Assembly (NCBI GenBank): GCA_964508605.1
Contig: CAZDUI010000006.1
Location: 44,903-108,902 of the forward strand
Reading direction: 5' to 3'
Origin: an uncultured Weeksellaceae bacterium
GTDB taxonomy: Bacteria; Bacteroidota; Bacteroidia; Flavobacteriales_D; CAZDUI01
DNA: 64,000 bases
Shown one piece after another: positions 16,649 to 26,401 of the stretch. The position numbers and the translations under genes were made by a program. Position 1 is the stretch's first letter. Each line of letters starts with the position of its first letter. Below the pieces are notes generated by a model, which searched no databases, was not told where the DNA came from, and worked only from the letters and a program-made list of their open reading frames with translations.

Positions 16649-19128
16649 TCCACAATTTTCATTTCAACCCTTCTGTTTTTCTGGCGTCCTTCATCGGTAG
16701 CGTTGTCACCGATAGGTTTTGTTTGGCCCCAGAAATTCACATGGATTCTGTCGTCGGCAATTCCCCTTTGAGTAAGGAAGAACTTCACCGCTTCGGCACG
16801 TTTGCGCGACAGTATAAGGTTTGAAGCCGCAGCACCCACATTATCTGTATGCCCGTCAAGCTGTAGTTTCCATTCAGGTTTTTTCTCCAGCAAATCGGCC
16901 AGCTCGTTCAAGGATTCGTAAGAATCCTGTTTAATGATAGACTTACCCGTGGCGAACTCAAGATTATCAAAAGCACGCTTTACAATTTCTTCTTCTTCGG
17001 TTGTAAGCACTATCAATACAGGTTCTTCAACCTCTATAAGTTCCAGTTCCTGTTTTTCGGCAGCAATATACCTGTATACAAAGAAACCCGAATCCTCAAG
17101 ATTTGCAACAATTACGTGCTCTCCATCTACATTCCTGATAATTACATTAATGGATGTTTTCAATTCAGAATCATCAAAACCTTCCATCAGGAAGAGATAG
17201 GTTCGGTCGAGCGGAAGATTCTTGAAAACAAATTTTCCGTTTTCATCGGGTGCAACAGAGGCTATGATGTTGCCTAGTGGATCCACCAGGTGCAATTTCA
17301 CTCTTTCGGGGCAACCGAAATTTGTTTCCGGACCGGCTTCTTCCGGGCAATCATCTTCACTGTCCTGTATTCCGTCCTCATCGGTATCCGGACAGCCATC
17401 AAATTTAGCCAGTCCTTTTACCTTAGGGCACTTATCTTTTTTATCGATAATACTATCACCATCCGTATCCGGACATCCGTTGAATTCGGGCGGACCGGCA
17501 ACGGTTGGGCAATCATCTTTTTTATCGGGAATACCATCGCGGTCGGTATCGGGACAACCGTTAAATTCCACCAGTCCTGCTTCAGCAGGACACTCATCCT
17601 CAGTGTCCTGTATCAGGTCACCATCGGTATCGGGGCATCCCTTAAAGGTCCATACTCCGGGCAGCTCCTTGCATATATCAAATTCATCAGACACTTTATC
17701 CATGTCCTTGTCTTTGGGATGCCGATGGAAAATCGGAATTTTTAACGCAAAATAAAAATCGGCACCATAAAGATTTTTACCACCGGTAAGTAGCCTGATA
17801 TCAGAGGTTCCAAAGAAAACCGGCCCTGCTCTAAAGCCCATGCCCGCACGGAAAGTAGTGTAAGGACTATAAGATATCGGCACAGCGAATCCAAACCACC
17901 GGGTATCAAAACTTGGTGTTATGCTAAAGTTGGTGAAATGATGCACCCTGTTGGGGTCTTTTTTCCTGTTAATTGCAATAAATGCCATGGCATTCACATT
18001 AATGTATTTCCAGATATTATAATCGCCGTACAGTGTTACTGCTGCCGGCATGGTCATTCTGAAAAAATCTTTGTCGCTGGGTTGGCGGGTAAACTTACTG
18101 AATAGGGTATCGTTAATATCCTGCATCTCTATAGCTTTTATGTTTCTAAAATTCCACAGAGAAACATCTGCTTTAAAGTCACCGCTTTCGGCTCCCTTTT
18201 TATATCTTATCCAACCCAGGTCTGTAATGCTGAAGCCGGCGCGCGCCTTATACTTGTTTTTGTCTTTTCTCCAGATGTTATCGCGACCGTCCATTTCGTA
18301 CTTATAATCTTTCCAATCGGGTCTCCATTCGTACACTGCACCTATGTCCAACCCCAGACCCGGCCTTCCGTCAAATTTGTAGTTTTTAAAAGGGTCAGCG
18401 GGATGAAAAGGGTCGAAACCGGGAGAGTGTCCGTAGTAAATATCACTTTGTAAAATGGTAACGGTATCTTCGTTGTAAAACTCGTATTTTAAATCTTCTA
18501 CCTGCATATAAGCAGCAGCTAAGCCCTGTAAAAGCTTCACCGTGGTTCCCGCTTTAACAAAGTGCTCACCTTCATCGTACATTACCCTGCTGTAATTGAA
18601 CCCGTATTCTACCCAGCTCATGGTCTGAATACTGAGGTATTCATTCTGTAAACTCTCAAGCCACAGATCCTGCGTTCCAAAATCATCTATCGCAAGTTTT
18701 GCCAAAGGGTCATCAATACCATCAACATTCATGTAAGTTCTGTTGCGCCATAAAAATGCTATGCTTTCCTTTTCGTTTAATGCAACCATAACTGACGGTA
18801 ACATCACTTCAGCATTTATAAAAATACTTTTTGGCTTTCCGTTAAACCGTTTGCTTACATCATTTTCCCATAAATTCTCATCAGCTCCCCCGCCTATCAC
18901 TTTCCATACATTAGCTGCACTTAAACTAAGGAAATTATTGTAAACCATTGCGTTCATTCCAAGAAAATTAACGTCCAGTTTATAACGGTTATCCGTACTG
19001 TTGGCCGGCTGGGCATACAAACTGTGCAGACCGTTATAATCGCTTTGATGAATTCCCAGCAAACCCTGAGCCTTTACAAAAGAGGTAATCATCAGCAATA
19101 GAATACCCGCTGTTATTTTTAACTTCAT
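16645..19128 (-). CDS. OmpA-family protein with N-terminal beta-barrel-like domain and thrombospondin type-3 calcium-binding repeats
   Basis: Repeated GCPDTDGDxIxDxxDxCP units. C-terminal OmpA motif GHTDNVGAAASNLILSRKRAEAV. Start moved to MKLKITAGILLL (ATG at 19128). The 3' end overlaps the next gene by 4 nt. Confidence 0.85.
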   Translation of the reverse strand: MKLKITAGILLLMITSFVKAQGLLGIHQSDYNGLHSLYAQPANSTDNRYKLDVNFLGMNAMVYNNFLSLSAANVWKVIGGGADENLWENDVSKRFNGKPKSIFINAEVMLPSVMVALNEKESIAFLWRNRTYMNVDGIDDPLAKLAIDDFGTQDLWLESLQNEYLSIQTMSWVEYGFNYSRVMYDEGEHFVKAGTTVKLLQGLAAAYMQVEDLKYEFYNEDTVTILQSDIYYGHSPGFDPFHPADPFKNYKFDGRPGLGLDIGAVYEWRPDWKDYKYEMDGRDNIWRKDKNKYKARAGFSITDLGWIRYKKGAESGDFKADVSLWNFRNIKAIEMQDINDTLFSKFTRQPSDKDFFRMTMPAAVTLYGDYNIWKYINVNAMAFIAINRKKDPNRVHHFTNFSITPSFDTRWFGFAVPISYSPYTTFRAGMGFRAGPVFFGTSDIRLLTGGKNLYGADFYFALKIPIFHRHPKDKDMDKVSDEFDICKELPGVWTFKGCPDTDGDLIQDTEDECPAEAGLVEFNGCPDTDRDGIPDKKDDCPTVAGPPEFNGCPDTDGDSIIDKKDKCPKVKGLAKFDGCPDTDEDGIQDSEDDCPEEAGPETNFGCPERVKLHLVDPLGNIIASVAPDENGKFVFKNLPLDRTYLFLMEGFDDSELKTSINVIIRNVDGEHVIVANLEDSGFFVYRYIAAEKQELELIEVEEPVLIVLTTEEEEIVKRAFDNLEFATGKSIIKQDSYESLNELADLLEKKPEWKLQLDGHTDNVGAAASNLILSRKRAEAVKFFLTQRGIADDRIHVNFWGQTKPIGDNATDEGRQKNRRVEMKIVD

Positions 19129-19205
19129 AAGGTTAGAATTAATGCGAAACAACAATTCTGTGACGTTAAAAATCATCAGAACGTTGTCCCGTCAAAAAGT
19201 TTTAA

Positions 19206-20036
19206 TCAGGAAAACAATACACTTCCCGCAACTCCGGTGCTCTTGGGATTGAGTATCATTACCGGAATTTCCCATTCATTGGTAATCAACACTTGTTCTT
19301 CCTGATTGCTTCCCACCAGTCCCAGAATGGTTTCACCGGCATGGTTCATAATTGCAATAAGGTCGGCATCAATATCCTTACTGAAAGCTACAATGGCTGT
19401 GTCAAACGCACTGTTCTCGGCAACTTTTGTACTGAATTTAATATCACGCTCCCCAAGGAACTGCTTGGCGAAATGAAGATTTCTGTCCAACTGATTTTTA
19501 AGAAACTCGTCGGTTTCATGGGGTACAATCAAATGCACTTTACTTTTGAAAACCGATGCTATATTGGCTACAATATGTAACTTCTGTTTGGTATCCTTAT
19601 GAAGGTCAAGCGGCACAACTATATCGTCATATCCTGAATCTTTAATTCCTTTTGACTGAACCACGATAAAAGGCGTTTCACTGTTCAGAATTACCTTCAA
19701 TGCGTGACTTCCGGTAATTTTTTGCCAGCCTTTGGCACCATGAGTTCCCATGAATATCAATTCGGCACCCAATTCCATTGCCGTATCTCCAATATCATCA
19801 AAAATATTACCAATCCGCACCAGAGATTCTACTTTGATTGTAGGGTTCAGTGCCGATGCTTTATTTACTTCAGAAGCCAATCTTATCTTGGCATCTTCAA
19901 CATCTTTGGCCTTGCTTACAACGTGTAAAAGAATTACTCTTCCGCCGATAACCTCCGCAGTTTTCATGGCATGAGACAGCGCTATTTCGGCTTGTTTTGT
20001 AAAATCGGTAGGTACTAAAACTACATTCGAATCCAT
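19206..20036 (-). CDS. tandem universal stress protein (UspA family)
   Basis: 276 aa with two Usp-like halves (LVPTDFT...LLHV...GTHGAKG and VVPLDL...). Confidence 0.8.
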   Translation of the reverse strand: MDSNVVLVPTDFTKQAEIALSHAMKTAEVIGGRVILLHVVSKAKDVEDAKIRLASEVNKASALNPTIKVESLVRIGNIFDDIGDTAMELGAELIFMGTHGAKGWQKITGSHALKVILNSETPFIVVQSKGIKDSGYDDIVVPLDLHKDTKQKLHIVANIASVFKSKVHLIVPHETDEFLKNQLDRNLHFAKQFLGERDIKFSTKVAENSAFDTAIVAFSKDIDADLIAIMNHAGETILGLVGSNQEEQVLITNEWEIPVMILNPKSTGVAGSVLFS

Positions 20037-20145
20037 ATCAGGTCAATTTGTTTAGACGACAAAAGTATATAAATTATTTAAACGCACTTTACCGAATTAT
20101 TAAACATCGGTATTTCAGCAGAAAGAAAAAAAAGGAATAAGGTTT

Positions 20146-21018
20146 TTAACCGTTCAGAGCCTCCGCACCTGCAACAATTTCAAGAATTTCGTTTGTAATT
20201 GCAGCCTGACGTGCTTTGTTATAACTAAGGGTAAGGTCCTTTTTAAGCGATCCGGCATTATCAGTAGCCTTGTGCATTGCCGTCATTCGTGCGCCGTGTT
20301 CGGCAGCATTGCTATCTAAAATTGCTTTGTACAATTGAATACGCAATGATTTAGGTATCAGGTCAGCAATTAATTCTGCCTTGCCGGGTACAAAAATATA
20401 CTCGGTGGTAACACCTGTCGTTTCTGCAGGCTGCTTAATAGGCAGATACTGCTCGTTCATTAACTCTTGCGTGGCAGCATTTTTAAACCTGTTGTAAAAT
20501 AAAACTACTTTGTCGTAGCCTCCGCTTGTAAATTCCTGCATTACAAGGTTTGCAACCCTGCTGACATTATCAAAGTTCAGTCCTGCATAGACATCTCCAA
20601 CTTGTTGGGGTGACAAATTATCCTTTGCAACGATTCCGGTATTTTTGAATCCGTCGAAAGCCTTTTTACCCAAAGGAAGGACATTCCAGGAGACAGAATC
20701 AGAGGATGATATGGTTCTTTTGGCTTCCTTTATCACGTTGTTATTGAAAGCGCCGCACAAACCTCTGTTAGAAGTAATAACAACTGCCAGTGCTTTTTTG
20801 GTTTCGCGCTGAATTCCGTAAGGATTTTCGCTAACATCCAAACTACTGCTTAAGCTCTCCAGCATTTCGGTAAGCTTCACTGCATACGGACGCATACGAA
20901 TAATGGCATCCTGAGCACGGCGCAGCTTAGCAGCACTTACCATCTTCATAGCAGAAGTAATCTGCATTGTACTGGAGACAGAAGTAATCCGGGCGCGTAT
21001 TTCCTTCAGGTTAGCCAT
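20146..21018 (-). CDS. atpG: F0F1 ATP synthase subunit gamma
   Basis: The N-terminus MANLKEIRARITSVSSTMQITSAMKMVSAAKLRRAQ and the C-terminal ITNEILEIVAGAEAL are canonical. Confidence 0.95.
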   Translation of the reverse strand: MANLKEIRARITSVSSTMQITSAMKMVSAAKLRRAQDAIIRMRPYAVKLTEMLESLSSSLDVSENPYGIQRETKKALAVVITSNRGLCGAFNNNVIKEAKRTISSSDSVSWNVLPLGKKAFDGFKNTGIVAKDNLSPQQVGDVYAGLNFDNVSRVANLVMQEFTSGGYDKVVLFYNRFKNAATQELMNEQYLPIKQPAETTGVTTEYIFVPGKAELIADLIPKSLRIQLYKAILDSNAAEHGARMTAMHKATDNAGSLKKDLTLSYNKARQAAITNEILEIVAGAEALNG

Positions 21019-21022
21019 TTAA

Positions 21023-22597
21023 TCAATATTTAGAAGAAAGGTCTTTACAAACATTTTCAAGCACTCCTGTAATATCATCATTGATTTTACCGGCTTTTAA
21101 ATCGGCAAGCACACCGGCATGACGATTTCTAAGGAAACTAAGATATTCCTCCTCAAATGCCTTCACTTTATTTACCGGTACATTCATAATTAAACCACGG
21201 GTACCTATGTAGATAATGGCAATCTGTTCTTCAACGGGAAGAGGCGATCCTTCAAGCTGCTTCAATATTTCCACGTTACGGGCGCCTTTATCAATTACGG
21301 CTTTGGTAGCTGCGTCAAGGTCTGAACCGAATTTTGCAAAAGCCTCCAGTTCACGATACTGTGCCTGGTCTAATTTCAATGTACCGGCTACCTTTTTCAT
21401 GGACTTGATTTGTGCAGATCCACCTACGCGAGAAACTGAGATACCCACGTTGATGGCAGGACGAACACCTGACAGGAACAATGATGATTCCAGGAATATC
21501 TGTCCGTCGGTAATAGAAATTACGTTGGTTGGGATATATGCCGATACGTCACCTGCCTGTGTTTCAATAATTGGCAGTGCGGTAAGAGAACCACCGCCAC
21601 GCACTTTTGTCTTCAGCGACTCGGGCAAGTCGTTCATTTGCGCAGCAATTTCATCAGACTTAATAACCTTTGCAGCGCGCTCTAAAAGACGACTGTGCAA
21701 ATAGAAAACGTCTCCGGGGTAAGCTTCACGACCGGGCGGACGACGAAGCAGAAGAGAAACTTCGCGATAAGCAACGGCCTGTTTTGAAAGGTCATCATAT
21801 ACAATCAAAGCCGGACGACCGGTGTCGCGAAAATATTCACCTACGGCAGCTCCGGTAAAAGGAGCATAGAACTGCATTGGCGCAGGATCGGACGCATTGG
21901 ATGCCACAATAATGGTATATGCCATTGCACCTGCATCTTCAAGCTTCTTAACAATACCTGCAACTGTAGAGCCTTTCTGACCTATGGCAACATAAATACA
22001 GAAAACAGGTTCTCCGCGGTCGTAGAATTCCTTTTGATTGATGATAGTATCAATGGCAACTGTAGTTTTACCCGTTTGACGGTCGCCGATGATTAACTCT
22101 CGCTGCCCCCTTCCAATGGGAATCATTGCGTCGATAGCCTTTATACCTGTTTGCAACGGCTCGTTTACCGGCTGACGAAAAATTACACCCGGAGCTTTGC
22201 GTTCCAAAGGCATTTCAAACAGTTCTCCCTGAATACTGCCTTTACCATCTATAGGATTTCCAAGAGTATCTACCACACGACCTACAATACCTTCGCCTAC
22301 TTTTACAGAGGCGATTCTTCGCGTTCTGCGCACCGTTGCTCCTTCCCTGATATCAAGTGCAGGTCCCAGCAATACCACACCCACGTTGTCTTCTTCAAGG
22401 TTCAGTACAATTCCCTGCAAACCGGTTGAAAACTCAACAAGTTCTCCCGACTGTACATTATTCAGCCCGTAAACACGGGCAATACCATCGCCCACTTGCA
22501 ATACAGACCCCACTTCTTCCAGTTCAGATGCGGTATTAAATCCTGTAAGCTGTTGTCGTAAAATTGCAGATACTTCTGCTGGTTTAACCTCTGCCAT
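21023..22597 (-). CDS. atpA: F0F1 ATP synthase subunit alpha
   Basis: 524 aa with Walker A GDRQTGKT. Canonical alpha-subunit sequence throughout. Confidence 0.97.
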   Translation of the reverse strand: MAEVKPAEVSAILRQQLTGFNTASELEEVGSVLQVGDGIARVYGLNNVQSGELVEFSTGLQGIVLNLEEDNVGVVLLGPALDIREGATVRRTRRIASVKVGEGIVGRVVDTLGNPIDGKGSIQGELFEMPLERKAPGVIFRQPVNEPLQTGIKAIDAMIPIGRGQRELIIGDRQTGKTTVAIDTIINQKEFYDRGEPVFCIYVAIGQKGSTVAGIVKKLEDAGAMAYTIIVASNASDPAPMQFYAPFTGAAVGEYFRDTGRPALIVYDDLSKQAVAYREVSLLLRRPPGREAYPGDVFYLHSRLLERAAKVIKSDEIAAQMNDLPESLKTKVRGGGSLTALPIIETQAGDVSAYIPTNVISITDGQIFLESSLFLSGVRPAINVGISVSRVGGSAQIKSMKKVAGTLKLDQAQYRELEAFAKFGSDLDAATKAVIDKGARNVEILKQLEGSPLPVEEQIAIIYIGTRGLIMNVPVNKVKAFEEEYLSFLRNRHAGVLADLKAGKINDDITGVLENVCKDLSSKY

Positions 22598-22607
22598 AGT
22601 TCTCTAT

Positions 22608-23159
22608 TTAAAATTCGGGTATATAAAGGTTCTTAGAAAATTCTTGTTTCAGTTCACTAATCTTTCGGGCTACGGAAGCGTCAATTTGCCTGTCGCCCAC
22701 ACGAACAACCAAACCTCCAATCAAAGCCGGGTCTATCTTTTCAACCAATGCCACTTCGGTTCTTGCAGGGTTAACCAGAGCAATTACTCTTGCCTTCAGG
22801 TCTGCCCCCAGTGGAACCGCTGATGTAATCATTACGGTGGTAATATTTTTATGGACCTTGTACTGCTCAATAAAACTAAAGGCAACTTGTCCTAAAATTC
22901 CTTCGCGTTTGCGACGCATCAATATTTCAATGAAGAGCAGGGTGGCCTTGTTTAAAGACGGAAATAAAGCCTTTATAATATTTTCCTTCTTATCGGCCTT
23001 TATTACCGGGCTTTTTAACACAGTTGCCAATTCTTTAGATTCACCAATACTATTGGCCAGTAGTTCCATGTCGGCCTTCAATGGCTCTAACAGGTTCTGT
23101 TCAATGGCCAGCCCCAGCAGGGACTTGGCATAGCGATATGAAACTCTGCTGTAGTTCAT
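22608..23159 (-). CDS. atpH: F0F1 ATP synthase subunit delta (OSCP)
   Basis: 183 aa. Position between atpF and atpA, and OSCP-like sequence (YAKSLLGLA...IGGLVVRVGDRQIDASV). Confidence 0.9.
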   Translation of the reverse strand: MNYSRVSYRYAKSLLGLAIEQNLLEPLKADMELLANSIGESKELATVLKSPVIKADKKENIIKALFPSLNKATLLFIEILMRRKREGILGQVAFSFIEQYKVHKNITTVMITSAVPLGADLKARVIALVNPARTEVALVEKIDPALIGGLVVRVGDRQIDASVARKISELKQEFSKNLYIPEF

Positions 23160-23161
23160 TC

Positions 23162-23656
23162 TTAATTCAAATTCATATCATTTACCAATGAATTGGCAAG
23201 TGCTTGTTGCCTGTCGGTGCTTCGCAAATCCTCACGAATGATTTTCTCGGCAATTTCGATAGACAACTGAGCCACTTGATTTTTAAGGTCGGTAATAGCC
23301 GCCATCTTTTCATTACGAATGGCTTCACGTGCAGAGGCTAATAGTCTTTCGGCTTCCTCATTTGCTTTAGTTTTGGCTTCATGAACCATTTTGTCACGTG
23401 TTTCCCGTGCTTCCTTCAGCATTTCATCACGTTCAATACGAGCCTTTTGCAGCAATGCTTCGTTTTCGCTCTGCAGTCGCGACATTTCCAGTTTCGCTGT
23501 TTCAGCCGCCTTTAAGGCTTCGTTAATAGACTGTTCGCGTTTTTGAACCGCGCCCAGAATAGGTTTCCAGGCGAATTTTTTTAGCAGAAATAACAGTATT
23601 ACAAAAACTACCGTATTCCAGAATAACAATCCAATTGAAGGTGTAATTAAATCCAT
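23162..23656 (-). CDS. atpF: F0F1 ATP synthase subunit b
   Basis: 164 aa. One N-terminal TM helix followed by a long charged helix. Operon position fits. Confidence 0.9.
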   Translation of the reverse strand: MDLITPSIGLLFWNTVVFVILLFLLKKFAWKPILGAVQKREQSINEALKAAETAKLEMSRLQSENEALLQKARIERDEMLKEARETRDKMVHEAKTKANEEAERLLASAREAIRNEKMAAITDLKNQVAQLSIEIAEKIIREDLRSTDRQQALANSLVNDMNLN

Positions 23657-23689
23657 GTTCTATAAATATTAATTCTGTTCAAATTTGTT

Positions 23690-23728
23690 AAAAGCCGGAA
23701 TTCAGGCAATCCCTGTTTTCCGGCTTTT
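23690..23728 (-). terminator. long stem-loop immediately after atpE (intra-operon attenuator or stabiliser)
   Basis: AAAAGCCGGAAttCAGG caatc CCTGttTTCCGGCTTTT gives 15 pairs with a 2-nt internal mismatch, flanked by A4/T4. It starts 3 nt after the atpE stop. Confidence 0.55.
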
Positions 23729-23731
23729 GAA

Positions 23732-23944
<213 letters not shown>

Positions 23945-23976
23945 TTATATTTAGAGGGTTTAACAAATACAACATA

Positions 23977-25164
23977 TTAATGATGATGCTCGTGTTCGTG
24001 ATGGTGCTCGTGTTCTGCAACAGCCTGTCCGATAAACAGGGCCGATAGCATCGTAAATACATAGGCCTGTAACGCTGCTACCAGCAATTCAAGTACAGAG
24101 ATAAACAAAGCAAAAGGGACAGATACTGCTGAAGCTGCCTCACTCTTAAAAATAAAGATTAAAGAGATAAGACTAAGTACAACAATATGCCCTGCAGTAA
24201 TGTTGGCGAACAAACGCACCATCAGTGCAAAAGGCTTTGTTAGTGTACCCACCAGTTCAATAGGCGCCAATAAAACTTTTACAGGAACGGGTACACCGGG
24301 CATCCAGAAAATGTGCTTCCAGTAGTCCTTATTAGCGCTTACATTTGTAATAATAAGCGTTATTACAGCCAGCGAAAGGGTAACGGCAATATTACCTGTT
24401 ACGTTGGCACCGCCGGGAATAACAGGCACCAGGCCCAACAGATTGTTCACCCAGATAAAGAAAAATACTGTGAGCAAATAAGGCATAAACCTATGATACT
24501 TTTTCTCACCAATATTTTGCCTGGCAATATCGTCGCGTACAAAAAGAACCAGTGGTTCAAGAAATCCTGCAAGACCTTTCGGGGCACCTGGGTTTCTGTT
24601 ATAGCTTTTAGCCAGCGCTGTGAACAGGAAGAATACCAAAAAAGAAGCTACTATCAGGGCAACAACATTTTTGGTAACGGAAAAATCCAAAGGCTGCTCA
24701 TTCAGAATTTTTGCAGAAGCAACGGTTTCATGTATATGATGATTGTGAGCCATTTCATGAATATTGGTCTCTCCTTTATGTGTAAACTCACCCTTACCTA
24801 CTTCAAAACTTATGGAGCCGTGCTCGTCGGTTTTATAGATCTTTCCGTTTACTAATGCATAATAGTTTCCTCCTTTTTCAACCACCTCATGTCCGTGATG
24901 AAAATCGCTGCTAAGAAATACCTGCACACCACCATCAAACAATATTACCGGAAGCGGAATACTGACAGCATCTTCACCTTCACCCCAAAGATGCCAGTCG
25001 TGGCTATCTTTGATGTGCTCCATAATAACAGGAACAGGATTGAATTTTTCTTCCTTTTCCCCATGTTCACCGCCAGCAGAGGCCCGAGCCATTCCCATAG
25101 AGAACATGGCCATGCAAAGCCATGAAAACATTGAATACAAGTAAGATATTTGAACCTTTTTCAT
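23977..25164 (-). CDS. atpB: F0F1 ATP synthase subunit a, with His-rich N-terminal extension and His/Glu tail
   Basis: Conserved LFANITAGH (essential Arg context MVRLFAN) and multiple TM helices. Start set at MKKVQISYLY (ATG at 25164). The C-terminus ends AEHEHHHEHEHHH. Confidence 0.9.
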   Translation of the reverse strand: MKKVQISYLYSMFSWLCMAMFSMGMARASAGGEHGEKEEKFNPVPVIMEHIKDSHDWHLWGEGEDAVSIPLPVILFDGGVQVFLSSDFHHGHEVVEKGGNYYALVNGKIYKTDEHGSISFEVGKGEFTHKGETNIHEMAHNHHIHETVASAKILNEQPLDFSVTKNVVALIVASFLVFFLFTALAKSYNRNPGAPKGLAGFLEPLVLFVRDDIARQNIGEKKYHRFMPYLLTVFFFIWVNNLLGLVPVIPGGANVTGNIAVTLSLAVITLIITNVSANKDYWKHIFWMPGVPVPVKVLLAPIELVGTLTKPFALMVRLFANITAGHIVVLSLISLIFIFKSEAASAVSVPFALFISVLELLVAALQAYVFTMLSALFIGQAVAEHEHHHEHEHHH

Positions 25165-25233
25165 ATTGAAAAATTGACCGCCTCTCAAAATTCGCGGGCA
25201 AAGGTATATCTTTTTGTTTATCGCGAATTCTTT

Positions 25234-25617
25234 TTATTTGGAATTCGACCGTAATATGAGCAAAATCATGATTACGTCGGCAACGAAATATCCCGCAAAA
25301 ACGATCAGAAAATGGGAAATATCGGCAATATTTAATTGTTCGTCGCTAAATTTAAGGGCAACAAGATAAAAAAGCGCCAACAACATTTTAAATGTGCTTG
25401 CCACCAAAAAAGCCATGCCCGTTTTGTTTGGGTCTGATTTTTTCACATATAAATATCCCCATAAGGCTCCTGCATTCAATGAAAGAAACACCAGATGATA
25501 AATAACTACCGAATGGTCGGCGGGCAAATCTTTAATCATCTGTTGTGCCATCAGGTGTGCAGCGGCAAATACAACTGCAAATAAAAGGAGGAGTAGATAT
25601 AACCGCATGTTTTTCAA
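25234..25617 (-). CDS. small 4-TM membrane protein of the atp operon, unknown function
   Basis: 127 aa and hydrophobic. Located between the AtpZ-like gene and atpB. Confidence 0.6.
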   Translation of the reverse strand: MKNMRLYLLLLLFAVVFAAAHLMAQQMIKDLPADHSVVIYHLVFLSLNAGALWGYLYVKKSDPNKTGMAFLVASTFKMLLALFYLVALKFSDEQLNIADISHFLIVFAGYFVADVIMILLILRSNSK

Positions 25618-25623
25618 TATACT

Positions 25624-25911
25624 TTATTTTACACCCGACTGTGAATTTTCGTTTTTCTTCAACTTCTCCTGTTTCTCAAAGGCTTCGTCTTCATTACTCA
25701 TTTTAATAACTTCTCTGATAACAAGATAAATTGAAATTCCTACACCTGACAAAGATAGTACGGTTGTCCACAGCGGAAACTTTCCATGTCTGAAAGTAGC
25801 GTCCAATTCTGTTCCACCCCAGGTAAACAAAGCAATAATTACCCCCATTTGAATGGCAACTGTACTAAACCTAAGATATCTTGTTTGAGAAGATCGGTGC
25901 CTAATATTCAA
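25624..25911 (-). CDS. AtpZ/AtpI-family small membrane protein
   Basis: YLRFSTVAIQMGVIIALFTWGGTELD resembles the AtpZ (ATPase_gene1) signature. The apparent TTG start overlaps the bactofilin TGA as TTGA, so the exact start is uncertain. Confidence 0.65.
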   Translation of the reverse strand: MNIRHRSSQTRYLRFSTVAIQMGVIIALFTWGGTELDATFRHGKFPLWTTVLSLSGVGISIYLVIREVIKMSNEDEAFEKQEKLKKNENSQSGVK

Positions 25912-26345
25912 GCCACTACAGATTGAGTCAGCTTTTCAGTTTCAGTTTTACGTATGCCTGCTGAAGTAGATTTATTACCTCCCATAGCACATGAGCCTGA
26001 GAAATTGGCTCCCGGTTCGATGGAAAGCTTGTTTGCAATAATGTCACCGGTTAGTTTTGCTGTTGACTTCAAAGACAACTGTTCCTGCACAGTAATTTTC
26101 CCGTTAAACGTTCCTTCAATGTCGGCATTCTGACAATATATATCTCCTTCAATGATTCCTTGAGAACCAATAACAAGTCTTCCGGAGGAGGTAACATTCC
26201 CAATTACTTTTCCATCGATACGAATGTTGCTTTCGCACTTGATATCCCCTTGAATTACAGTGCCATCTACGATACGATTCAATCTCTCGGGTGAATTGTT
26301 TTCCACTGTTTTCACCGGAGACGTATTACTATTTCCTTTGAACAT
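25908..26345 (-). CDS. bactofilin-family polymer-forming protein
   Basis: 145 aa. Beta-helical repeat pattern IQGDIKCESNIRIDGKVIGNVTSSGRLVIGSQGIIEGDIYCQNADIEGTFNGKI. Confidence 0.85.
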   Translation of the reverse strand: MFKGNSNTSPVKTVENNSPERLNRIVDGTVIQGDIKCESNIRIDGKVIGNVTSSGRLVIGSQGIIEGDIYCQNADIEGTFNGKITVQEQLSLKSTAKLTGDIIANKLSIEPGANFSGSCAMGGNKSTSAGIRKTETEKLTQSVVA

Positions 26346-26361
26346 AAGTATTCAATTTTTT

Positions 26362-26369
26362 CAAAAGTA
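26362..26369 (-). promoter_or_regulatory. candidate Bacteroidota sigma-A -7 box (TACTTTTG) for the bactofilin-atp operon
   Basis: The minus strand reads TACTTTTG, a perfect TAnnTTTG, 16 nt upstream of the ATG at 26345. A TTG lies 20 nt further upstream. Confidence 0.4.
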
Positions 26370-26401
26370 CATTCTATAATTGAAAATACCAAGTGCCGCT
26401 T

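Noticed and set aside
17222-17755. Long plus-strand Ser-rich ORFs (177 aa and 151 aa) lie opposite the OmpA gene.
   Set aside because: They are antisense shadows of the repetitive GCPDTDGD-encoding region. They are low-complexity with no start context.
21216-21704. A 162-aa plus-strand ORF lies inside atpA, and there are similar antisense ORFs in the ALDH gene (43415-43854), the DUF5606 tail (3854-4105), atpB (24313-24855) and elsewhere.
   Set aside because: All lie fully within well-supported genes on the opposite strand and have no recognisable motifs. They are typical shadow ORFs.
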